Below are positions 15,001 through 30,000 of a DNA stretch of 64,000 nucleotides, piece by piece. Within the stretch, counting starts at the first letter, position 1. Every line of letters starts with the position of its first letter. The translations under genes were made by a program, and so were the position numbers. The stretch is from assembly GCA_032718475.1 (NCBI GenBank), contig JAUCBJ010007806.1:77621-141620 (forward strand). Direction: 5' to 3'. Below the pieces are notes generated by a model. The model worked only from the letters and a program-made list of their open reading frames with translations. It ran no database searches and was not told where the DNA came from. The DNA is from Nemertoderma westbladi. Its lineage: Eukaryota > Animalia > Xenacoelomorpha.

Positions 15001-18000
15001 AAAATAGTTATTGCATACGGAATAGACATACAACTGTGAAAGAGAAAAATAGTTATTGTATACGGAATAGACATACAACTGTGAAAGAGAAAAATAGTTA
15101 TTGTATACGGAATAGACATACATACAACCCTGAAAGTGAAAGTTAGTTATTGTATACGGAATAGACATACAACTGTGAAAGAGAAAAATAGTTATTGTAT
15201 ACGGAATAGACATACAACTGTGAAAGAGAAAAATAGTTATTGCATACGGAATAGACATACAACTGTGAAAGAGAAAAATAGTTATTGCATACGGAATAGA
15301 CATACAACTGTGAAAGAGAAAAATAGTTATTGTATACGGAATAGCCATACAACTGTGAAAGAGAAAAATAGTTATTGCATACGGAATAGACATACAACTG
15401 TGAAAGAGAAAAATAGTTATTGCATACGGAATAGACATACAACTGTGAAAGAGAAAAATAGTTATTGTATACGGAATAGCCATACAACTGTGAAAGAGAA
15501 AAATAGTTATTGCATACGGAATAGACATACAACTGTGAAAGAGAAAAATAGTTATTGCATACGGAATAGACATACAACTGTGAAAGAGAAAAATAGTTAT
15601 TGCATACGGAATAGACATACAACTGTGAAAGAGAAAAATAGTTATTGTATACGGAATAGCCATACAACTGTGAAAGTGAAAGTTAGTTATTGCATACGGA
15701 ATATCCATACAACTGTGAAAGTGAAAGTTAGTTATTGTATACGGAATAGACATACAACTGTGAAAGAGAAAAATAGTTATTGCATACGGAATAGACATAC
15801 AACTGTGAAAGAGAAAAATAGTTATTGCATACGGAATAGACATACAACTGTGAAAGAGAAAAATAGTTATTGTATACGGAATAGACATACAACTGTGAAA
15901 GAGAAAAATAGTTATTGTATACGGAATAGACATACAACTGTGAAAGAGAAAAATAGTTATTGAATACGGAATAGCCATACAACTGTGAAAGAGAAAAATA
16001 GTTATTGCATACGGAATAGACATACAACTGTGAAAGAGAAAAATAGTTATTGTATACGGAATAGACATACAACTGTGAAAGAGAAAAATAGTTATTGTAT
16101 ACGGAATAGCCATACAACTGTGAAAGTGAAAGTTAGTTATTGCATACGGAATAGCCATACAACTGTGAAAGTGAAAGTTAGTTATTGCATACGGAATAGA
16201 CATACAACTGTGAAAGAGAAAAATAGTTATTGTATACGGAATAGCCATACAACTGTGAAAGTGAAAGTTAGTTATTGCATACGGAATAGACATACAACTG
16301 TGAAAGAGAAAAATAGTTATTGTATACGGAATAGCCATACAACTGTGAAAGTGAAAGTTAGTTATTGCATACGGAATAGACATACAACTGTGAAAGAGAA
16401 AAATAGTTATTGTATACGGAATAGCCATACAACTGTGAAAGTGAAAGTTAGTTATTGCATACGGAATAGACATACAACTGTGAAAGAGAAAAATAGTTAT
16501 TGTATACGGAATAGCCATACAACTGTGAAAGTGAAAGTTAGTTATTGCATACGGAATAGACATACAACTGTGAAAGAGAAAAATAGTTATTGCATACGGA
16601 ATAGACATACAACTGTGAAAGAGAAAAATAGTTATTGTATACGGAATAGCCATACAACTGTGAAAGTGAAAGTTAGTTATTGTATACGGAATAGCCATAC
16701 AACTGTGAAAGTGAAAGTTAGTTATTGCATACGGAATAGACATACAACTGTGAAAGAGAAAAATAGTTATTGCATACGGAATAGACATACAACTGTGAAA
16801 GAGAAAAATAGTTATTGCATACGGAATAGACATACAACTGTGAAAGAGAAAAATAGTTATTGTATACGGAATAGACATACATACAACTGTGAAAGTGAAA
16901 GTTAGTTATTGTATACGGAATAGCCATACAACTGTGAAAGTGAAAGTTAGTTATTGCATACGGAATAGACATACAACTGTGAAAGAGAAAAATAGTTATT
17001 GCATACGGAATAGACATACAACTGTGAAAGAGAAAAATAGTTATTGTATACGGAATAGCCATACAACTGTGAAAGTGAAAGTTAGTTATTGCATACGGAA
17101 TAGACATACAACTGTGAAAGTGAAAGTTAGTTATTGCATACGGAATAGACATACAACTGTGAAAGAGAAAAATAGTTATTGCATACGGAATAGACATACA
17201 ACTGTGAAAGTGAAAGTTAGTTATTGCATACGGAATAGACATACAACTGTGAAAGAGAAAAATAGTTATTGCATACGGAATAGCCATACAACTGTGAAAG
17301 TGAAAGTTAGTTATTGCATACGGAATAGACATACAACTGTGAAAGTGAAAGTTAGTTATTGCATACGGAATAGACATACAACTGTGAAAGAGAAAAATAG
17401 TTATTGCATACGGAATAGACATACAACTGTGAAAGAGAAAAATAGTTATTGTATACGGAATAGCCATACAACTGTGAAAGTGAAAGTTAGTTATTGCATA
17501 CGGAATAGACATACAACTGTGAAAGTGAAAGTTAGTTATTGCATACGGAATAGACATACAACTGTGAAAGAGAAAAATAGTTATTGCATACGGAATAGAC
17601 ATACAACTGTGAAAGAGAAAAATAGTTATTGTATACGGAATAGCCATACAACTGTGAAAGTGAAAGTTAGTTATTGCATACGGAATAGACATACATACAA
17701 CTGTGAAAGTGAAGGTTAGTTATTGCATACGGAATAGACATACAACTGTGAAAGAGAAAAATAGTTATTGTATACGGAATAGCCATACAACTGTGAAAGT
17801 GAAAGTTAGTTATTGCATACGGAATAGACATACAACTGTGAAAGAGAAAAATAGTTATTGCATACGGAATAGCCAAACAACTGTGAAAGTGAAAGTTAGT
17901 TATTGCATACGGAATAGACATACAACTGTGAAAGAGAAAAATAGTTATTGCATACGGAATAGACATACAACTGTGAAAGAGAAAAATAGTTATTGTATAC

Positions 18001-21000
18001 GGAATAGCCATACAACTGTGAAAGTGAAAGTTAGTTATTGCATACGGAATAGACATACATACAACTGTGAAAGTGAAAGTTAGTTATTGTATACGGAATA
18101 GCCATACAACTGTGAAAGTGAAAGTTAGTTATTGCATACGGAATAGACATACAACTGTGAAAGAGAAAAATAGTTATTGCATACGGAATAGACATACATA
18201 CAACTGTGAAAGTGAAAGTTAGTTATTGTATACGGAATAGCCATACAACTGTGAAAGTGAAAGTTAGTTATTGCATACGGAATAGACATACAACTGTGAA
18301 AGAGAAAAATAGTTATTGCATACGGAATAGACATACAACTGTGAAAGAGAAAAATAGTTATTGTATACGGAATAGCCATACAACTGTGAAAGTGAAAGTT
18401 AGTTATTGCATACGGAATAGACATACAACTGTGAAAGAGAAAAATAGTTATTGTATACGGAATAGCCATACAACTGTGAAAGTGAAAGTTAGTTATTGCA
18501 TACGGAATAGACATACAACTGTGAAAGAGAAAAATAGTTATTGTATACGGAATAGCCATACAACTGTGAAAGTGAAAGTTAGTTATTGCATACGGAATAG
18601 CCATACAACTGTGAAAGTGAAAGTTAGTTATTGCATACGGAATAGACATACAACTGTGAAAGAGAAAAATAGTTATTGTATACGGAATAGCCATACAACT
18701 GTGAAAGTGAAAGTTAGTTATTGCATACGGAATAGCCATACAACTGTGAAAGTGAAAGTTAGTTATTGCATACGGAATAGACATACAACTGTGAAAGAGA
18801 AAAATAGTTATTGCATACGGAATAGACATACAACTGTGAAAGAGAAAAATAGTTATTGTATACGGAATAGCCATACAACTGTGAAAGTGAAAGTTAGTTA
18901 TTGCATACGGAATAGACATACAACTGTGAAAGAGAAAAATAGTTATTGTATACGGAATAGCCATACAACTGTGAAAGTGAAAGTTAGTTATTGCATACGG
19001 AATAGACATACAACTGTGAAAGAGAAAAATAGTTATTGTATACGGAATAGCCATACAACTGTGAAAGTGAAAGTTAGTTATTGCATACGGAATAGACATA
19101 CAACTGTGAAAGAGAAAAATAGTTATTGCATACGGAATAGACATACAACTGTGAAAGAGAAAAATAGTTATTGTATACGGAATAGCCATACAACTGTGAA
19201 AGTGAAAGTTAGTTATTGCATACGGAATAGACATACATACAACTGTGAAAGTGAAAGTTAGTTATTGTATACGGAATAGCCATACAACTGTGAAAGTGAA
19301 AGTTAGTTATTGCATACGGAATAGACATACAACTGTGAAAGAGAAAAATAGTTATTGTATACGGAATAGCCATACAACTAGGAAAATGAAAGTTAGTTAT
19401 TGCATACGGAATAGACATACAACTGTGAAAGAGAAAAATAGTTATTGTATACGGAATAGACATACAACTGTGAAAGAGAAAAATAGTTATTGTATACGGA
19501 ATAGACATACAACTGTGAAAGAGAAAAATAGTTATTGTATACGGAATAGCCATACAACTGTGAAAGTGAAAGTTAGTTATTGCATACGGAATAGACATAC
19601 AACTGTGAAAGAGAAAAATAGTTATTGCATACGGAATAGACATACAACTGTGAAAGTGAAAGTTAGTTATTGCATACGGAATAGACATACAACTGTGAAA
19701 GAGAAAAATAGTTATTGCATACGGAATAGACATACAACTGTGAAAGAGAAAAATAGTTATTGTATACGGAATAGCCATACAACTGTGAAAGTGAAAGTTA
19801 GTTATTGCATACGGAATAGACATACATACAACTGTGAAAGTGAAAGTTAGTTATTGTATACGGAATAGCCATACAACTGTGAAAGTGAAAGTTAGTTATT
19901 GCATACGGAATAGACATACAACTGTGAAAGAGAAAAATAGTTATTGCATACGGAATAGACATACATACAACTGTGAAAGTGAAAGTTAGTTATTGTATAC
20001 GGAATAGCCATACAACTGTGAAAGTGAAAGTTAGTTATTGCATACGGAATAGACATACAACTGTGAAAGAGAAAAATAGTTATTGCATACGGAATAGACA
20101 TACAACTGTGAAAGAGAAAAATAGTTATTGTATACGGAATAGCCATACAACTGTGAAAGTGAAAGTTAGTTATTGCATACGGAATAGACATACAACTGTG
20201 AAAGAGAAAAATAGTTATTGCATACGGAATAGACATACAACTGTGAAAGAGAAAAATAGTTATTGTATACGGAATAGCCATACAACTGTGAAAGTGAAAG
20301 TTAGTTATTGCATACGGAATAGCCATACAACTGTGAAAGAGAAAAATAGTTATTGCATACGGAATAGACATACATACAACTGTGAAAGTGAAAGTTAGTT
20401 ATTGTATACGGAATAGCCATACAACTGTGAAAGAGAAAAATAGTTATTGCATACGGAATAGACATACATACAACTGTGAAAGTGAAAGTTAGTTATTGTA
20501 TACGGAATAGCCATACAACTGTGAAAGTGAAAGTTAGTTATTGCATACGGAATAGCCATACAACTGTGAAAGAGAAAAATAGTTATTGCATACGGAATAG
20601 ACATACATACAACTGTGAAAGTGAAAGTTAGTTATTGTATACGGAATAGCCATACAACTGTGAAAGTGAAAGTTAGTTATTGCATACGGAATAGACATAC
20701 AACTGTGAAAGAGAAAAATAGTTATTGCATACGGAATAGACATACAACTGTGAAAGAGAAAAATAGTTATTGCATACGGAATAGACATACATACAACTGT
20801 GAAAGTGAAAGTTAGTTATTGTATACGGAATAGCCATACAACTGTGAAAGTGAAAGTTAGTTATTGCATACGGAATAGCCATACAACTGTGAAAGTGAAA
20901 GTTAGTTATTGCATACGGAATAGACATACAACTGTGAAAGAGAAAAATAGTTATTGCATACGGAATAGACATACATACAACTGTGAAAGTGAAAGTTAGT

Positions 21001-24000
21001 TATTGTATACGGAATAGCCATACAACTGTGAAAGTGAAAGTTAGTTATTGTATACGGAATAGCCATACAACTGTGAAAGTGAAAGTTAGTTATTGCATAC
21101 GGAATAGACATACAACTGTGAAAGAGAAAAATAGTTATTGCATACGGAATAGACATACATACAACTGTGAAAGTGAAAGTTAGTTATTGTATACGGAATA
21201 GCCATACAACTGTGAAAGTGAAAGTTAGTTATTGTATACGGAATAGCCATACAACTGTGAAAGTGAAAGTTAGTTATTGCATACGGAATAGACATACAAC
21301 TGTGAAAGAGAAAAATAGTTATTGCATACGGAATAGACATACAACTGTGAAAGAGAAAAATAGTTATTGCATACGGAATAGACATACATACAACTGTGAA
21401 AGTGAAAGTTAGTTATTGTATACGGAATAGCCATACAACTGTGAAAGTGAAAGTTAGTTATTGCATACGGAATAGCCATACAACTGTGAAAGAGAAAAAT
21501 AGTTATTGCATACGGAATAGACATACATACAACTGTGAAAGTGAAAGTTAGTTATTGTATACGGAATAGCCATACAACTGTGAAAGTGAAAGTTAGTTAT
21601 TGTATACGGAATAGCCATACAACTGTGAAAGTGAAAGTTAGTTATTGTATACGGAATAGCCATACAACTGTGAAAGTGAAAGTTAGTTATTGTATACGGA
21701 ATAGCCATACAACTGTGAAAGTGAAAGTTAGTTATTGCATACGGAATAGACATACAACTGTGAAAGAGAAAAATAGTTATTGCATACGGAATAGACATAC
21801 ATACAACTGTGAAAGTGAAAGTTAGTTATTGTATACGGAATAGCCATACAACTGTGAAAGTGAAAGTTAGTTATTGTATACGGAATAGCCATACAACTGT
21901 GAAAGTGAAAGTTAGTTATTGCATACGGAATAGACATACAACTGTGAAAGAGAAAAATAGTTATTGCATACGGAATAGACATACAACTGTGAAAGAGAAA
22001 AATAGTTATTGCATACGGAATAGACATACATACAACTGTGAAAGTGAAAGTTAGTTATTGTATACGGAATAGCCATACAACTGTGAAAGTGAAAGTTAGT
22101 TATTGCATACGGAATAGCCATACAACTGTGAAAGAGAAAAATAGTTATTGCATACGGAATAGACATACATACAACTGTGAAAGTGAAAGTTAGTTATTGT
22201 ATACGGAATAGCCATACAACTGTGAAAGTGAAAGTTAGTTATTGCATACGGAATAGACATACAACTGTGAAAGAGAAAAATAGTTATTGCATACGGAATA
22301 GACATACATACAACTGTGAAAGTGAAAGTTAGTTATTGTATACGGAATAGCCATACAACTGTGAAAGTGAAAGTTAGTTATTGTATACGGAATAGCCATA
22401 CAACTGTGAAAGTGAAAGTTAGTTATTGTATACGGAATAGCCATACAACTGTGAAAGTGAAAGTTAGTTATTGCATACGGAATAGACATACAACTGTGAA
22501 AGAGAAAAATAGTTATTGCATACGGAATAGACATACAACTGTGAAAGAGAAAAATAGTTATTGTATACGGAATAGCCATACAACTGTGAAAGTGAAAGTT
22601 AGTTATTGCATACGGAATAGACATACAACTGTGAAAGTGAAAGTTAGTTATTGCATACGGAATAGACATACAACTGTGAAAGAGAAAAATAGTTATTGCA
22701 TACGGAATAGACATACAACTGTGAAAGAGAAAAATAGTTATTGTATACGGAATAGCCATACAACTGTGAAAGTGAAAGTTAGTTATTGCATACGGAATAG
22801 ACATACAACTGTGAAAGAGAAAAATAGTTATTGTATACGGAATAGCCATACAACTGTGAAAGTGAAAGTTAGTTATTGCATACGGAATAGACATACAACT
22901 GTGAAAGTGAAAGTTAGTTATTGCATACGGAATAGACATACAACTGTGAAAGAGAAAAATAGTTATTGTATACGGAATAGCCATACAACTGTGAAAGTGA
23001 AAGTTAGTTATTGCATACGGAATAGACATACAACTGTGAAAGTGAAAGTTAGTTATTGCATACGGAATAGACATACAACTGTGAAAGAGAAAAATAGTTA
23101 TTGTATACGGAATAGCCATACAACTGTGAAAGTGAAAGTTAGTTATTGCATACGGAATAGACATACAACTGTGAAAGTGAAAGTTAGTTATTGCATACGG
23201 AATAGACATACAACTGTGAAAGAGAAAAATAGTTATTGCATACGGAATAGACATACAACTGTGAAAGAGAAAAATAGTTATTGTATACGGAATAGCCATA
23301 CAACTGTGAAAGTGAAAGTTAGTTATTGCATACGGAATAGACATACAACTGTGAAAGAGAAAAATAGTTATTGCATACGGAATAGACATACAACTGTGAA
23401 AGAGAAAAATAGTTATTGTATACGGAATAGCCATACAACTGTGAAAGTGAAAGTTAGTTATTGCATACGGAATAGACATACAACTGTGAAAGTGAAAGTT
23501 AGTTATTGCATACGGAATAGACATACAACTGTGAAAGAGAAAAATAGTTATTGCATACGGAATAGACATACAACTGTGAAAGAGAAAAATAGTTATTGTA
23601 TACGGAATAGCCATACAACTGTGAAAGTGAAAGTTAGTTATTGCATACGGAATAGACATACAACTGTGAAAGAGAAAAATAGTTATTGTATACGGAATAG
23701 CCATACAACTGTGAAAGTGAAAGTTAGTTATTGCATACGGAATAGACATACAACTGTGAAAGAGAAAAATAGTTATTGCATACGGAATAGCCAAACAACT
23801 GTGAAAGTGAAAGTTAGTTATTGCATACGGAATAGACATACAACTGTGAAAGAGAAAAATAGTTATTGCATACGGAATAGACATACAACTGTGAAAGAGA
23901 AAAATAGTTATTGTATACGGAATAGCCATACAACTGTGAAAGTGAAAGTTAGTTATTGCATACGGAATAGACATACAACTGTGAAAGAGAAAAATAGTTA

Positions 24001-27000
24001 TTGTATACGGAATAGCCATACAACTGTGAAAGAGAAAAATAGTTATTGCATACGGAATAGCCATACAACTAGGAAAATGAAAGTTAGTTATTGCATACGG
24101 AATAGACATACAACTGTGAAAGAGAAAAATAGTTATTGTATACGGAATAGCCATACAACTAGGAAAATGAAAGTTAGTTATTGCATACGGAATAGACATA
24201 CAACTGTGAAAGAGAAAAATAGTTATTGTATACGGAATAGACATACAACTGTGAAAGAGAAAAATAGTTATTGTATACGGAATAGCCATACAACTAGGAA
24301 AATGAAAGTTAGTTATTGCATACGGAATAGACATACAACTGTGAAAGAGAAAAATAGTTATTGTATACGGAATAGCCATACAACTAGGAAAATGAAAGTT
24401 AGTTATTGCATACGGAATAGACATACAACTGTGAAAGAGAAAAATAGTTATTGTATACGGAATAGCCATACATACAACTGTGAAAGTGAAAGTTAGTTAT
24501 TGTATACGGAATAGCCATACATACAACTGTGAAAGTGAAAGTTAGTTATTGTATACGGAATAGCCATACAACTGTGAAAGAGAAAAATAGTTATTGTATA
24601 CGGAATAGCCATACAACTGTGAAAGAGAAAAATAGTTATTGTATACGGAATAGCCATACAATTGTGAAAGAGAAAAATAGTTATTGTATACGGAATAGAC
24701 ATACAACTGTGAAAGTGAAAGTTAGTTATTGCATACGGAATAGACATACAACTGTGAAAGAGAAAAATAGTTATTGTATACGGAATAGCCATACAACTGT
24801 GAAAGTGAAAGTTAGTTATTGCATACGGAATAGACATACAACTGTGAAAGAGAAAAATAGTTATTGTATACGGAATAGCCATACAACTGTGAAAGTGAAA
24901 GTTAGTTATTGCATACGGAATAGACATACAACTGTGAAAGAGAAAAATAGTTATTGTATACGGAATAGCCATACAACTGTGAAAGTGAAAGTTAGTTATT
25001 GCATACGGAATAGACATACAACTGTGAAAGAGAAAAATAGTTATTGTATACGGAATAGCCATACAACTGTGAAAGTGAAAGTTAGTTATTGCATACGGAA
25101 TAGACATACAACTGTGAAAGAGAAAAATAGTTATTGTATACGGAATAGCCATACAACTGTGAAAGTGAAAGTTAGTTATTGCATACGGAATAGACATACA
25201 ACTGTGAAAGAGAAAAATAGTTATTGTATACGGAATAGCCATACAACTGTGAAAGAGAAAAATAGTTATTGTATACGGAATAGCCATACAACTGTGAAAG
25301 TGAAAGTTAGTTATTGCATACGGAATAGACATACAACTGTGAAAGAGAAAAATAGTTATTGTATACGGAATAGCCATACAACTGTGAAAGAGAAAAATAG
25401 TTATTGTATACGGAATAGCCATACAACTGTGAAAGAGAAAAATAGTTATTGTATACGGAATAGCCATACAACTGTGAAAGAGAAAAATAGTTATTGTATA
25501 CGGAATAGCCATACAACTGTGAAAGAGAAAAATAGTTATTGTATACGGAATAGCCATACAACTGTGAAAGAGAAAAATAGTTATTGTATACGGAATAGCC
25601 ATACAACTGTGAAAGAGAAAAATAGTTATTGCATACGGAATAGACATACAACTGTGAAAGAGAAAAATAGTTATTGCATACGGAATAGCCATACAACTGT
25701 GAAAGAGAAAAATAGTTATTGCATACGGAATAGACATACAACTGTGAAAGAGAAAAATAGTTATTGTATACGGAATAGCCATACAACTAGGAAAATGAAA
25801 GTTAGTTATTGCATACGGAATAGACATACAACTGTGAAAGAGAAAAATAGTTATTGTATACGGAATAGCCATACAACTGTGAAAGAGAAAAATAGTTATT
25901 GCATACGGAATAGCCATACAACTGTGAAAGAGAAAAATAGTTATTGTATACGGAATAGCCATACAACTGTGAAAGTGAAAGTTAGTTATTGCATACGGAA
26001 TAGACATACAACTGTGAAAGAGAAAAATAGTTATTGTATACGGAATAGCCATACAACTAGGAAAATGAAAGTTAGTTATTGCATACGGAATAGACATACA
26101 ACTGTGAAAGAGAAAAATAGTTATTGTATACGGAATAGCCATACAACTAGGAAAATGAAAGTTAGTTATTGCATACGGAATAGACATACAACTGTGAAAG
26201 AGAAAAATAGTTATTGTATACGGAATAGCCATACATACAACTGTGAAAGTGAAAGTTAGTTATTGTATACGGAATAGCCATACATACAACTGTGAAAGTG
26301 AAAGTTAGTTATTGTATACGGAATAGCCATACAACTGTGAAAGAGAAAAATAGTTATTGTATACGGAATAGCCATACAACTGTGAAAGAGAAAAATAGTT
26401 ATTGTATACGGAATAGCCATACAATTGTGAAAGAGAAAAATAGTTATTGTATACGGAATAGACATACAACTGTGAAAGTGAAAGTTAGTTATTGTATACG
26501 GAATAGACATACAACTGTGAAAGTGAAAGTTAGTTATTGTATACGGAATAGCCATACATACAACTGTGAAAGTGAAAGTTAGTTATTGTATACGGAATAG
26601 ACATACAACTGTGAAAGTGAAAGTTAGTTATTGTATACGGAATAGCCATACATACAACTGTGAAAGTGAAAGTTAGTTATTGCATACGGAATAGCCATAC
26701 AACTGTGAAAGTGAAAGTTAGTTATTGTATACGGAATAGCCATACATACAACTGTGAAAGTGAAAGTTAGTTATTGTATACGGAATAGCCATACAACTGT
26801 GAAAGAGAAAAATAGTTATTGTATACGGAATAGACATACAACTGTGAAAGTGAAAGTTAGTTATTGTATACGGAATAGACATACAACTGTGAAAGTGAAA
26901 GTTAGTTATTGTATACGGAATAGCCATACATACAACTGTGAAAGTGAAAGTTAGTTATTGCATACGGAATAGCCATACAACTGTGAAAGAGAAAAATAGT

Positions 27001-30000
27001 TATTGTATACGGAATAGCCATACATACAACTGTGAAAGTGAAAGTTAGTTATTGTATACGGAATAGCCATACATACAACTGTGAAAGTGAAAGTTAGTTA
27101 TTGCATACGGAATAGACATACAACTGTGAAAGAGAAAAATAGTTATTGTATACGGAATAGCCATACATACAACTGTGAAAGTGAAAGTTAGTTATTGTAT
27201 ACGGAATAGCCATACATACAACTGTGAAAGTGAAAGTTAGTTATTGTATACGGAATAGCCATACAACTGTGAAAGAGAAAAATAGTTATTGTATACGGAA
27301 TAGCCATACATACAACTGTGAAAGTGAAAGTTAGTTATTGTATACGGAATAGCCATACATACAACTGTGAAAGTGAAAGTTAGTTATTGTATACGGAATA
27401 GCCATACAACTGTGAAAGAGAAAAATAGTTATTGTATACGGAATAGACATACAACTGTGAAAGTGAAAGTTAGTTATTGTATACGGAATAGCCATACATA
27501 CAACTGTGAAAGTGAAAGTTAGTTATTGCATACGGAATAGCCATACAACTGTGAAAGTGAAAGTTAGTTATTGTATACGGAATAGCCATACATACAACTG
27601 TGAAAGTGAAAGTTAGTTATTGTATACGGAATAGCCATACAACTGTGAAAGAGAAAAATAGTTATTGCATACGGAATAGCCATACAACTGTGAAAGAGAA
27701 AGTTAGTTATTGCATACGGAATAGCCATACAACTGTGAAAGAGAAAAATAGTTATTGTATACGGAATAGCCATACAACTGTGAAAGTGAAAGTTAGTTAT
27801 TGCATGCGGAATAGACATACAACTGTGAAAGTGAAAGTTAGTTATTGCATACGGAATAGACATACAACTGTGAAAGAGAAAAATAGTTATTGTATACGGA
27901 ATAGCCATACATACAACTGTGAAAGTGAAAGTTAGTTATTGTATACGGAATAGCCATACATACAACTGTGAAAGTGAAAGTTAGTTATTGCATACGGAAT
28001 AGCCATACAACTGTGAAAGTGAAAGTTAGTTATTGCATACGGAATAGCCATACATACAACTCTGAAAGTGAAAGTTAGTTATTGTATACGGAATAGCCAT
28101 ACATACAACTGTGAAAGTGAAAGTTAGTTATTGTATACGGAATAGCCATACATACAACTGTGAAAGTGAAAGTTAGTTATTGTATACGGAATAGCCATAC
28201 AACTGTGAAAGAGAAAAATAGTTATTGTATACGGAATAGCCATACAACTGTGAAAGTGAAAGTTAGTTATTGTATACGGAATAGCCATACAACTGTGAAA
28301 GAGAAAAATAGTTATTGTATACGGAATAGCCATACAACTGTGAAAGAGAAAGTTAGTTATTGCATACGGAATAGCCATACAACTGTGAAAGTGAAAGTTA
28401 GTTATTGTATACGGAATAGCCATACATACAACTGTGAAAGTGAAAGTTAGTTATTGTATACGGAATAGCCATACATACAACTGTGAAAGTGAAAGTTAGT
28501 TATTGTATACGGAATAGCCATACAACTGTGAAAGAGAAAAATAGTTATTGTATACGGAATAGCCATACAACTGTGAAAGAGAAGGTTAGTTATTGTATAC
28601 GGAATAGCCATACATACAACTGTGAAAGTGAAAGTTAGTTATTGTATACGGAATAGCCATACAACTGTGAAAGAGAAAAATAGTTATTGTATACGGAATA
28701 GCCATACAACTGTGAAAGAGAAAGTTAGTTATTGCATACGGAATAGCCATACAACTGTGAAAGTGAAAGTTAGTTATTGTATACGGAATAGCCATACATA
28801 CAACTGTGAAAGTGAAAGTTAGTTATTGTATACGGAATAGCCATACAACTGTGAAAGAGAAAAATAGTTATTGTATACGGAATAGCCATACAACTGTGAA
28901 AGAGAAGGTTAGTTATTGTATACGGAATAGCCATACATACAACTGTGAAAGTGAAAGTTAGTTATTGTATACGGAATAGCCATACAACTGTGAAAGAGAA
29001 AAATAGTTATTGTATACGGAATAGCCATACAACTGTGAAAGAGAAAGTTAGTTATTGCATACGGAATAGCCATACAACTGTGAAAGTGAAAGTTAGTTAT
29101 TGTATACGGAATAGCCATACATACAACTGTGAAAGTGAAAGTTAGTTATTGTATACGGAATAGCCATACATACAACTGTGAAAGTGAAAGTTAGTTATTG
29201 TATACGGAATAGCCATACATACAACTGTGAAAGTGAAAGTTAGTTATTGCATACGGAATAGCCATACAACTGTGAAAGTGAAAGTTAGTTATTGCATACG
29301 GAATAGCCATACAACTGTGAAAGTGAAAGTTAGTTATTGCATACGGAATAGCCATACATACAACTCTGAAAGTGAAAGTTAGTTATTGTATACGGAATAG
29401 CCATACATACAACTGTGAAAGTGAAAGTTAGTTATTGTATACGGAATAGCCATACATACAACTGTGAAAGTGAAAGTTAGTTATTGTATACGGAATAGCC
29501 ATACAACTGTGAAAGAGAAAAATAGTTATTGTATACGGAATAGCCATACAACTGTGAAAGAGAAGGTTAGTTATTGTATACGGAATAGCCATACATACAA
29601 CTGTGAAAGTGAAAGTTAGTTATTGTATACGGAATAGCCATACAACTGTGAAAGAGAAAAATAGTTATTGTATACGGAATAGCCATACAACTGTGAAAGT
29701 GAAAAATAGTTATTGTATACGGAATAGCCATACATACAACTGTGAAAGAGAAAGTTAGTTATTGCATACGGAATAGCCATACAACTGTGAAAGTGAAAGT
29801 TAGTTATTGTATACGGAATAGCCATACATACAACTGTGAAAGTGAAAGTTAGTTATTGTATACGGAATAGCCATACATACAACTGTGAAAGAGAAAGTTA
29901 GTTATTGCATACGGAATAGCCATACAACTGTGAAAGTGAAAGTTAGTTATTGTATACGGAATAGCCATACATACAACTGTGAAAGTGAAAGTTAGTTATT